The notes under the pieces are model-generated. The model was not told the origin of the DNA. It searched no databases and was given only the letters and a program-made list of their open reading frames with translations. Position numbers and translations under genes: made by a program. From the NCBI GenBank assembly GCA_043815805.1, contig JBDRIN010000103.1, positions 1-24,000 of the forward strand: a stretch of 24,000 nucleotides of DNA, written 5' to 3'. The stretch is from an archaeon. GTDB lineage: Archaea > Nanobdellota > Nanobdellia > Woesearchaeales > JBDRIN01. Shown here piece by piece: positions 15,898 to 23,043 of this stretch (position 1 is its first letter; each line of letters begins with the position of its first letter).

Positions 15898-16761
15898 TTA
15901 TTTCTGCTTTTTCTTAGAATCAGTCTCTACTTCTTCGTTGCCTTCTGTAAGTTCTTCTATCTCTTTCTCGACCTCTTCGAGCATCTTCTGAGTATCCGAA
16001 TCATCCTGTGTTTCTTCTTCTGTCTCCTCAGGTTCCTCTTCTACTTCTTCAGAGGATTCTTCTTTATCTTCTCCTGTTTCAGCTCCATCTTCTTCCTCTT
16101 CAGGTTCTTCGACTACTTTTTCAAGTTTAGTCTTTCCTTTCTTGTCTTCAACTGGAGCCTCGGGCAGTGACTCAGTTGCCGCTTCCGCGGGTTCTGACTC
16201 TGCTTCTCCTTCTGCAGGCACATCGACCACTTCAAGATCACCGAGTTTCTTCTGGTCAGGCTTGGGCTCTGGCTGTTTTGCATCTTTCAGAGCCTCTTTT
16301 ATGTCTTTAGAGCCTTCAACATCAAAGTATTCGAAGAATTTCTCTGCAAGTTTGATCTCAAAGCTTCTTCCTTTCTTCTCTCTTGAGACAAAGCCGAGCT
16401 TCAACAGCTCTGCGATATGATCATAGGCACCGCTTCCCCTTGTCTTAATCACGGCGGACTGCAACATAGGCGCTTTGTAGGCAATCACAGCCAGAGTTTC
16501 CAGAGTAGCCCTTGAGAGTTCTGTGTCTGCAACAATCCTTTGGACAAGATGAAGGTATTTCTCACGTACAGTTATCTTCCAGGAAGATTCGTCCTGGATT
16601 ATCATCAAGGCGCCTTCCCTTTTTGTGTAGGCATGCTTAAGCTCTTTCAAGGCCTTATGGATCTCTTTAGGCGTCTCTCCTGTCAGCTGAGCCAGCATCT
16701 CTTCTGGCACAGGCTTTCCAGAGCTGAAAAGCAGCGCTTCTATCTTGTTTTTCAGGGTCAT
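15898..16761 (-). CDS. scpB: segregation and condensation protein B (ScpB) with a ~135-aa Glu/Asp-rich C-terminal extension
   Basis: The N-terminal ~150 aa (IEALLFSSGKPVPEEMLAQLTG..., SRATLETLAVIAYKAPMLQSAVIKTRGSGAYDHIAELLKLGFV) match the tandem winged helices of ScpB. The remainder is low-complexity acidic sequence. Confidence 0.85.
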   Translation of the reverse strand: MTLKNKIEALLFSSGKPVPEEMLAQLTGETPKEIHKALKELKHAYTKREGALMIIQDESSWKITVREKYLHLVQRIVADTELSRATLETLAVIAYKAPMLQSAVIKTRGSGAYDHIAELLKLGFVSREKKGRSFEIKLAEKFFEYFDVEGSKDIKEALKDAKQPEPKPDQKKLGDLEVVDVPAEGEAESEPAEAATESLPEAPVEDKKGKTKLEKVVEEPEEEEDGAETGEDKEESSEEVEEEPEETEEETQDDSDTQKMLEEVEKEIEELTEGNEEVETDSKKKQK

Positions 16762-17351
16762 TTTGGTTTTGAATAAAGGTTATCCGTCTTTATAAGTTTT
16801 TTCTCTTTGATCAGGGCTTCGATGAAAGGTTTCAGCTGCGTATGGCTGATGCCTATGGTCTTGCCTATGTCCTCTTCAGTCTTTGGCTTGTCAAGGCCTA
16901 TCATGATGCTGTTCAGGATAAGGGTGTTCATACCCCTTACCATGCCTTCGTGCTGGCTTTTCAATTTCAAGAAATTGGTGTTAGTCTCGTGGAGCTTTGC
17001 CAAGAGGTCGTTCAGCCAGTTCTGGAGTTCTCTCCCCTTGAAGACCAGCTCTGCAGGCTCTAAGATCTCTATAGAAGCAGGCATAAAGTTGATGCACAGC
17101 CAGGTGAGGGTCTCCAGGTTTTTTATCAGCATCTCTACCTCTGCGAAGGTGCTCCAGAGCTTGCCTTTTGTCTGTTCTATCTCTCCAAGCTCTTCTTTGA
17201 CGAACTTGATCCTATGGTCTTTCTTCAGGTTGTCCAGGTAACTCTTTATGGCTTTCTCTACATGAGCCTTGGGGCTGCCAAGCAGCTCAAAGGTCACTCT
17301 TGCAAGTATATAACCGTCTGCAATGCTTATCTTTATTTCTCTTTTATCCAT
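16758..17351 (-). CDS. hypothetical protein, 197 aa, C-terminal winged-helix-like domain; occupies the position where scpA would be expected
   Basis: ATG ORF overlapping the scpB start by 4 nt (ATGA), starting 1 nt after the upstream gene's stop (TAAGATG). The C-terminus EEDIGKTIGISHTQLKPFIEALIKEKKLIKTDN looks like an HTH. No canonical ScpA N-terminal motif is present. Confidence 0.6.
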   Translation of the reverse strand: MDKREIKISIADGYILARVTFELLGSPKAHVEKAIKSYLDNLKKDHRIKFVKEELGEIEQTKGKLWSTFAEVEMLIKNLETLTWLCINFMPASIEILEPAELVFKGRELQNWLNDLLAKLHETNTNFLKLKSQHEGMVRGMNTLILNSIMIGLDKPKTEEDIGKTIGISHTQLKPFIEALIKEKKLIKTDNLYSKPK

Positions 17352-17352
17352 C

Positions 17353-19443
17353 TTAACTCCTCTTTATCAGCACAAAAACAGCGATCGCCAACACACCCAT
17401 TATCCAATAAGAGAGATTGTTTTTTAATATTGTGTTTTTAGACTCATAAACAACCGTGTTTCCTGTTATGCTATCCTCTAAAAAACTAGTGCTATTTATA
17501 TCTTTTTCCATTTCTTCGAGGTTTTCCTGCAAAGAGACTTCTGCATCGCCTTGCACGCTGTTTTCTGCCTCTTCCACAGCAAGGTCTTCTGTCAGCTCAT
17601 AATCTGTCTTCTGGCTGTTCTTGTTTATCTTTACTTTTAATTTATAGTCGCCAGGCTCACCATTGAATGAGTTTTCCAAAGTTATGTTCCTGGTGCCTAA
17701 CTGGTCCAGATCGAACTCTATTAGGTTGGCTGTTCTATTTCCCGAATAGCACTTGTTCCCCTTGTAGATATAGCTCCATACCTGATAATGGCTGGCCTCA
17801 TCCTCGATATTGTGGATCCGGATGGTTGTTTTCAGAGCTTCTCCCTGTTTTATCTTCTCGTCAAAAGCGATGATCCCGTATTGTTTAATCTTTCCGGGGG
17901 TTGCTGCGGCAGAATCATCGCAGGTAGAGACTGTTGTTTCCTTGCACAGAGTGCTAAGAACACCTTCAACATAAACTTCATCAGACACTTCCAGGCCAAG
18001 GCCTTCTATCTTCAAAAGATATTTTCCGTCCTTGAACTTCATGTCGCAGTTCGGCTTTATCACAATAGGTATGGTGGATTCGTAGTTTGTGAACTTCTTG
18101 TTGGCGTTGAAGCTTGAGACATAGGATATCTTGGAATTGTTCTTCTCCAGCCAAGCTTCGACAGAGCTCTTGCCTGTGTCGCCTTTGTATATGTCTAGCT
18201 TGACACGCAGGATCTCTCCGAACTTCACGACATTGTCTGATCCGGTGTAGATGTCCAAGACATGGATGCTTGAATTAGGATCTTTTCTGCTCTTTACGAC
18301 TGCAACAACAGAATTCTCCGTTTGCTTGTTGGAATTGTTGCATGCGATGAAAGAGAGCCTGTTCTTGATGACAAAGACAGCATCAGATTCGCTTATGTCT
18401 GGGGTGTAAGATTTTGAAGCTGTATTGGACGTATTGTATCTCTCTTTGATTATATTTCCGAAGAGATCTTCGATCCAATACTCTATGAAAAAAGGAAAGC
18501 TCTCATTGCTGATACCATTGTATATATTGATCTTCTCAGAATTATTATAGATAAATTTGTCTGTGGAAAGGTCCAGGGAGACATTGCAGGGGATAAAGTT
18601 CGAGTCGATGACGATGAAGCCTTTGCAGTCATGATTATTGCTGAGGTTGGTGTCATTGACAGAAGCGTTGATTATCTTTCCGCAGAGAGTGTAATTGCCA
18701 GGGATGTTGGCAAAGAAAGAGCCAGTGTTTGAGGTTGAATAAGAGTTGATGGTCTTGTTGAAGATATCTTCCTTGACAATGCTTCTGTTGCTTGTTATAT
18801 TATAATAGATAAATACAGTCACATTATCATCAATACCTAATTCATCATCAAGATTTTCTATCTTGAACAGCTTGGTGTAAGTCAAGCCTTTGAAAAGGAC
18901 ATCGTCGAGGGAAACAGAAAGTTTGATGTCCTTTCCTTGGCTTGTGTTTGAGGAGTTGGAGCTATGAGAGTCGACTATGATATGATTCTCTATTCCAGGA
19001 GTTCCGCCGATCACTAAAGACTCTACCCAATTATCATTCCAGAATTCCAGAGAAAAACCATTGCCGTTTGCTAACGAACCGTTGTAACTTACGTTGTCAA
19101 CAACGATTCCATTATAATATAATAGGACAGAATCTCCGGCGTTGTTAAGGTTGTCTCCAATGGTTGTTCCGACAGAATAGACAGAGCAGTTGATTCCAGA
19201 AAGATTGAATCCTTCTTCAACGATAAGAGAATAATCTGAATCCATAAATTGCAATAGAACTAAAGAGTCATTGCTCGCAGAGTCAGCTATTATATAATAA
19301 GAAAGATTGTTTGTTCCGTAGATTTCGACAAATTCTAGGTTATTGTCTATTCCTAAAGGATTGTACATGATCTCGTTGATGTGGACAGCGCTGACAAAGT
19401 CAATGTACACAAAGAAAAGCAAAAAAAGCATGATTTTTTTCAT
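17353..19443 (-). CDS. membrane-anchored surface protein with an N-terminal lamin-tail domain (LTD); probable glycoprotein
   Basis: 696 aa. It has a signal peptide (MKKIMLFLLFFVYIDFVSAV), an LTD signature (HINEIMYNPLGIDNNLEFVEIYG), about 27 N-x-S/T sequons by my count, and a C-terminal TM anchor (YWIMGVLAIAVFVLIKRS). Confidence 0.8.
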   Translation of the reverse strand: MKKIMLFLLFFVYIDFVSAVHINEIMYNPLGIDNNLEFVEIYGTNNLSYYIIADSASNDSLVLLQFMDSDYSLIVEEGFNLSGINCSVYSVGTTIGDNLNNAGDSVLLYYNGIVVDNVSYNGSLANGNGFSLEFWNDNWVESLVIGGTPGIENHIIVDSHSSNSSNTSQGKDIKLSVSLDDVLFKGLTYTKLFKIENLDDELGIDDNVTVFIYYNITSNRSIVKEDIFNKTINSYSTSNTGSFFANIPGNYTLCGKIINASVNDTNLSNNHDCKGFIVIDSNFIPCNVSLDLSTDKFIYNNSEKINIYNGISNESFPFFIEYWIEDLFGNIIKERYNTSNTASKSYTPDISESDAVFVIKNRLSFIACNNSNKQTENSVVAVVKSRKDPNSSIHVLDIYTGSDNVVKFGEILRVKLDIYKGDTGKSSVEAWLEKNNSKISYVSSFNANKKFTNYESTIPIVIKPNCDMKFKDGKYLLKIEGLGLEVSDEVYVEGVLSTLCKETTVSTCDDSAAATPGKIKQYGIIAFDEKIKQGEALKTTIRIHNIEDEASHYQVWSYIYKGNKCYSGNRTANLIEFDLDQLGTRNITLENSFNGEPGDYKLKVKINKNSQKTDYELTEDLAVEEAENSVQGDAEVSLQENLEEMEKDINSTSFLEDSITGNTVVYESKNTILKNNLSYWIMGVLAIAVFVLIKRS

Positions 19444-19464
19444 GAAACCAGAGAATAAAACGTG

Positions 19465-19474
19465 TTTAATAAAG
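19465..19474 (-). promoter_or_regulatory. TATA-box candidate (CTTTATTAAA on the minus strand) for the LTD-scpB operon
   Basis: Centre is about 26 nt upstream of the ATG at 19443. Confidence 0.4.
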
Positions 19475-19517
19475 ATGATTCAGAGTTTTTCGGAGAGGAT
19501 GCGGAAGAAACGGAAAC

Positions 19518-19527
19518 TTTTTATATA
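19518..19527 (+). promoter_or_regulatory. TATA-box candidate (TTTTTATATA) for the Cys-rich lipoprotein gene
   Basis: Centre is about 24 nt upstream of the ATG at 19547. It forms a divergent promoter pair with 19465-19474. Confidence 0.45.
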
Positions 19528-19546
19528 CCTCCTCCCTAATAAAATC

Positions 19547-20227
19547 ATGAAACACGCACTAATAATTTTAGTAATAGCAGCATTGTTTCTCACAGCGTGT
19601 GTGGTAGAGGAGACAGGGCCTACATGCAGAGATGGCCTTCAGAACGCAGACGAGTTAGGCATAGATTGCGGGGGCATGTATTGCAAGCCATGCTTTGACT
19701 TCATGCCTACAGCAGATTGCGAAGCTCAGAAAGCGGCATTGATAACTGAGTGTCCTGTAGAGATAGGAGAGCCTGAGCCTGAGCCAGAACCTGAGCCAGA
19801 GCCAGAGTTCCCTTTCGACCAGTATGGTTGTTATGACTCTGACGGCGGCATAAACGAGTTCATAGTCGGCTTTGCGGTCCAAAAAGATGGAAGGAGAGTC
19901 AACGACTCCTGCACAAGCGACCTCAACGTGAATGAGGCCATATGCAACTATGCGCACGTGCCAGAAGGCAAGCTCATCAGGTGTGCATATAAGTGCCAGG
20001 ATGATCATTGCATAGCCATGACGCCTAACCACGAGCCATGCTATGACTATGACGGAGACGATCCGTACGTTGCGAGCAGAGTCATGTTGGTAGACGGTAC
20101 AGAAAAATTAGATTATTGCTACAATGACTATACTGTCAGGGAATACATCTGCAACACCTACGGCCAGACTGCCATAAAAGAACATGTATGTGAGAACAGT
20201 ACATGCACAGACGGGGCATGTCAATAA
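19547..20227 (+). CDS. secreted Cys-rich protein, probable lipoprotein (226 aa, 19 Cys) with an (EP)n linker and two 61-aa six-Cys modules
   Basis: The start is trimmed to MKHALIILVIAALFLTAC (signal peptide plus lipobox-like LTAC). The track's upstream extension overlaps the divergent gene and promoter. The protein has an N-terminal CRDGLQNADELGIDCGGMYCKPC knot, an EPEPEPEPEPEPE linker, then CYDSDGG... and CYDYDGDD... modules with near-identical Cys spacing. Confidence 0.7.
   Translation: MKHALIILVIAALFLTACVVEETGPTCRDGLQNADELGIDCGGMYCKPCFDFMPTADCEAQKAALITECPVEIGEPEPEPEPEPEPEFPFDQYGCYDSDGGINEFIVGFAVQKDGRRVNDSCTSDLNVNEAICNYAHVPEGKLIRCAYKCQDDHCIAMTPNHEPCYDYDGDDPYVASRVMLVDGTEKLDYCYNDYTVREYICNTYGQTAIKEHVCENSTCTDGACQ
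19769..19807 (+). repeat. hexanucleotide (GAGCCN) repeat encoding (EP)6E
   Basis: Direct reading: GAG CCT GAG CCT GAG CCA GAA CCT GAG CCA GAG CCA GAG. Confidence 0.9.
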
Positions 20228-20241
20228 TTTTTTTATTTTTT
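20228..20241 (+). terminator. oligo-T terminator candidate (T7 A T6) immediately after the lipoprotein stop
   Basis: TAATTTTTTTATTTTTTC begins at the stop codon. Confidence 0.45.
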
Positions 20242-20248
20242 CATTAAA

Positions 20249-20256
20249 TTTATATA
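20249..20256 (+). promoter_or_regulatory. TATA-box candidate (TTTATATA) for the 20279 gene
   Basis: Centre is about 26 nt upstream of the ATG at 20279. Confidence 0.45.
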
Positions 20257-20278
20257 GTGTTCTTTCTTTTCTTTTTTT

Positions 20279-20857
20279 ATGGACATAATAAAAGAAGCAA
20301 GAAAGCTTGTCACAGTAGAGATAGAGAAATACGGCTTTCCAACAAAGCTTCATTCTGAGTTCTCTGAAAAGAAAGCTTTAGACTTAGCAGATAAGCTCAG
20401 CGCAGACAAGACCATAGTCAACGTCGGCATACTCCTCATAGATGTGAAATTAGGAGAGGCCATCACATCAGACAAAATAAAAGACCATCTTAAAGAGCAT
20501 GTTCATATGAGTGCGAAAGCTGTCAAGCAATTCTTAAAAAAATTTGATCTGGACAAAGAAAGCAAAGACAAGATCATCAACTGTGTCGAAGCGCATCATG
20601 GCGGAGTGCCTTTCACCTGCAAAGAAGCAGAGATCTGCGCTAATGCAGATTCTTATTTTTTCCTTCATCCTGTAGGGTTCACGAACGCTTTGTATAATTC
20701 AGGTGCAAGAAATTTGGGGTATGAAAAAACATTAAATTGGTTGCACAGAAAACTCGAACAGAAATGGGAGATGGTCTCCCTTTCAGAAGTCCAGCAGGAA
20801 CTGGAGCCTTACTATAGGCAATTCAGAGAAATAATCAAGAAAGCCAAAGAATCTTAA
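20279..20857 (+). CDS. HD-superfamily-like protein (degenerate HD dyad)
   Basis: 192 aa. The helical layout and spacing resemble small HD hydrolases (LHSEF..., VGILLIDVKLGE, CVEAHHGG), but the HD position reads ID. Assignment is tentative. Confidence 0.45.
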   Translation: MDIIKEARKLVTVEIEKYGFPTKLHSEFSEKKALDLADKLSADKTIVNVGILLIDVKLGEAITSDKIKDHLKEHVHMSAKAVKQFLKKFDLDKESKDKIINCVEAHHGGVPFTCKEAEICANADSYFFLHPVGFTNALYNSGARNLGYEKTLNWLHRKLEQKWEMVSLSEVQQELEPYYRQFREIIKKAKES

Positions 20858-21855
20858 GTCTTTATCTCCCAACATCCAGGTATCTTCTTGCCGCAGGGAC
20901 AACATCCATCTTCTAATTTATCATGTTCCAGACAATAGCTCCGTTCAATCAGGTGCTCTCCGCATTCTGGGCAGATAGTCTCTCCTTTCTCCAAGACATT
21001 GCCAAGATAGACATAGTTAAGATGCTTCTTGGCCACTTCTGCTATCTTATGCAGACTCTCTACTGAAGTTGGAGCCCTGTCAAGCATCTTATGGCAGGGA
21101 TGAAACCTTGAGAAATGGATAGGGACATCTTTACCAAGCTCTTTCGCTATCCACTTGCACATCTCTCCTATCTCTTTCAAGTCATCGTTCAGTCCGGGTA
21201 TTATCAGGTTGGTTATCTCCAGCCAGACCTTGTTCTTCTTCAATATCTTCAAGCTCTCCTTCACAGGCTCTAACTCGCCGAAGCAATATTTTTTGTAGAA
21301 CTCTGGATTGAAACTTTTCAGGTCTATGTTCGCACCATCGATGTACTTACACCATTCCTTGAGCGGTTTGGGATTGATGTAACCGTTGCAGACAATGACA
21401 TTCTTCAGGCCCTTTTTCCTGGCAATCTTGGCTGTGTCCAAGACATATTCAAAAAAAACAATAGGATCATTATACGTGTAAGCGATAATCTTGCAGTCCT
21501 TGTTCATGGCCAAGGTGACTGCCTCTTTAGGGTTCAGATCCATGCCAGGAACTGAACCTGCATTGGCCTGTGAAGTGCTCCAGTTCTGACAGAAAGCACA
21601 ATGTAAGTTGCAGCCGGTAGTGCCTATGGAAAACGCATGTTCGCCTGGCAGGAAATGATACATAGGCTTCTTTTCGATAGGATCAACATTCACGCTGCAA
21701 AGCTTGCCATAGACAAGGCTATAGAGTTCTCCCTTCTCATTCTTCCTCGCCTTGCAGTCGCCGATCTCTCCTGGTTTGATGCTGCAGAAACGAGGACATA
21801 ATTGGCATTGGACAAGATTATCTTTGAGCTTTTTGTAATGGAGAGCTTCATTCAT
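20854..21855 (-). CDS. amrS: AmmeMemoRadiSam system radical SAM enzyme (AmrS; PFL-activase-like)
   Basis: 333 aa. It has the N-terminal Cys cluster (CQLCPRFC...GDC), the radical SAM CX3CX2C (GCNLHCAFCQNW), and a C-terminal Cys ribbon (CPECGEHL...CCPCGKK). Confidence 0.9.
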   Translation of the reverse strand: MNEALHYKKLKDNLVQCQLCPRFCSIKPGEIGDCKARKNEKGELYSLVYGKLCSVNVDPIEKKPMYHFLPGEHAFSIGTTGCNLHCAFCQNWSTSQANAGSVPGMDLNPKEAVTLAMNKDCKIIAYTYNDPIVFFEYVLDTAKIARKKGLKNVIVCNGYINPKPLKEWCKYIDGANIDLKSFNPEFYKKYCFGELEPVKESLKILKKNKVWLEITNLIIPGLNDDLKEIGEMCKWIAKELGKDVPIHFSRFHPCHKMLDRAPTSVESLHKIAEVAKKHLNYVYLGNVLEKGETICPECGEHLIERSYCLEHDKLEDGCCPCGKKIPGCWEIKT

Positions 21856-21877
21856 GATACTACAATGGGGTTAGTCC

Positions 21878-21885
21878 TATATAAA
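21878..21885 (-). promoter_or_regulatory. TATA-box candidate (TTTATATA on the minus strand) for amrS
   Basis: Centre is about 26 nt upstream of the ATG at 21855. Confidence 0.45.
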
Positions 21886-21979
21886 TGTTATTTTTTCGTT
21901 TACCATTCGCCAATAATAAGAAAACTTTTAATACCCATAAACAATATTTCCATCACATAGTTAAAAAAAGAGGGTGAAT

Positions 21980-22753
21980 ATGGGATTATTCTCAAAAAAG
22001 AAGAAGAGAGAGGAAAATATAGACGAAGAAGTAGAAGAATTTGAAGACGATTTCTCTCCGAGCATGCCAGTCCCGCCTCCAGCTCCAGACTTGATACGGG
22101 AACGGCTTGATGAGCATCCAGAAGACCTGTTTTCTCCTGCACCAGAGCCAGAGCTTGCAAGATCATTCAGGGAAGAGGAACCCATAAAAGAGCTGCAGCC
22201 AGGAGAAGTCGACAAGCTGTTAGAGGAGAAACCATTGCCTCCTGATTTTGAGGAAGAAGATATCCGAAGAGCCATAGAAGAAGTGAAGACAGATATGACT
22301 CCAGAGCCGATAAGAGTGTTCTTGAAGCCAGAAACAGTCACCATGGACGACATAGAGAAAGAGTTTGCTTTGCCTGACATAGAGACGCCTGTGCCAGAGG
22401 ATTTTGGCATACCCTCGCCAATACCAAGGAATAATTTTAAGCTCCCTGACGTAGATGACGATCTCCCGGACTTTGAGTCGCCGTTCACGCCTCCGAGAGC
22501 AAAGAAGACATTTTCAGTTCCTACTCATAAAAAATTAGAAGGAGAGATTTTCATCAGATTTGATGATTATCAAAAGGTAAGTCCAAAGGTGAAAGAGCTC
22601 CAATCAGTACTCAACAATACGATAAGGTCTTTGAATGCAGAAGTCAATTTAGAAAGTTCGCAATTGAGCACTTTAGGAGCTTTCAACGGAACATTAGACC
22701 ACATCCAAGAGAAATTGATGGAAGTGGATGGTCTGATGTTCAAGGAAGAATAG
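21980..22753 (+). CDS. hypothetical protein P1, 257 aa: MGLFSKKKK head, ~185-aa acidic/Pro-rich disordered region, C-terminal ~65-aa helical module
   Basis: The ATG at 21980 is preceded by AGAGGGTGA; the track start at 21974 is a GTG. The C-terminal module IFIRFDDYQKV...LMEVDGLMF is paralogous to the next gene. Confidence 0.6.
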   Translation: MGLFSKKKKREENIDEEVEEFEDDFSPSMPVPPPAPDLIRERLDEHPEDLFSPAPEPELARSFREEEPIKELQPGEVDKLLEEKPLPPDFEEEDIRRAIEEVKTDMTPEPIRVFLKPETVTMDDIEKEFALPDIETPVPEDFGIPSPIPRNNFKLPDVDDDLPDFESPFTPPRAKKTFSVPTHKKLEGEIFIRFDDYQKVSPKVKELQSVLNNTIRSLNAEVNLESSQLSTLGAFNGTLDHIQEKLMEVDGLMFKEE

Positions 22754-22757
22754 TAGA

Positions 22758-22787
22758 GGCACTGAAAAATCCGAGATTTTTGGTGCC
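22758..22787 (+). other. intercistronic stem-loop (about 13 bp, one bulge) between P1 and P2
   Basis: GGCACTgAAAAATC CGA GATTTTTGGTGCC. I paired it by hand: 7 bp, a bulged G, then 6 bp including one G-U pair. Confidence 0.5.
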
Positions 22788-22814
22788 GCCTCGAATATCT
22801 CGGAGGTGAATCCA

Positions 22815-23042
22815 ATGAACCCATCAATCCCTGTTTTCGTCAAAATCGAAGAATACAAAGAGATCCTGGACATAATAGATGTCATACGGAGCAAGATAGA
22901 CACTGCAAAGAACACGCTGTCTAAGATCTCTGAGTTGAAGGATCAGGAAGACCAGAAGATAGAAGAATGGTCAAAGAACCTGGATGAAGTGGAAAGGAAG
23001 ATAGACTTCGTAGACAAGACATTATTTGAACCAAGAACTTAA
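22815..23042 (+). CDS. hypothetical protein P2, 75 aa, coiled-coil module
   Basis: The ATG at 22815 has GGAGGTGA ending 5 nt upstream (22802-22809); the track start at 22806 is a GTG. VFVKIEEYKEIL...IDFVDKTLF aligns without gaps over 65 residues with the C-terminus of P1. Confidence 0.6.
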   Translation: MNPSIPVFVKIEEYKEILDIIDVIRSKIDTAKNTLSKISELKDQEDQKIEEWSKNLDEVERKIDFVDKTLFEPRT

Positions 23043-23043
23043 A

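Noticed and set aside
15817-16170. 117-aa plus-strand Phe/Leu-rich ORF
   Set aside because: It is antisense to the acidic tail of scpB and to the Zn-ribbon gene, so it is a compositional artefact.
19343-19546. N-terminal extension of track ORF 19343..20227
   Set aside because: It overlaps the 5' end of the divergent LTD gene and both TATA candidates. The ATG at 19547 yields a classic signal peptide and lipobox.
20854-20857. Convergent genes sharing CTTAAG so that both stop codons overlap
   Set aside because: The 4-nt overlap is real but is a trivial consequence of genome compaction and is not a functional element in itself.
21961-22488. 175-aa Ser/Gly-rich minus-strand ORF
   Set aside because: It is the mirror image of the Glu/Pro-rich P1 coding region. 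P1 has an SD and a paralogous partner, whereas the antisense ORF has neither.
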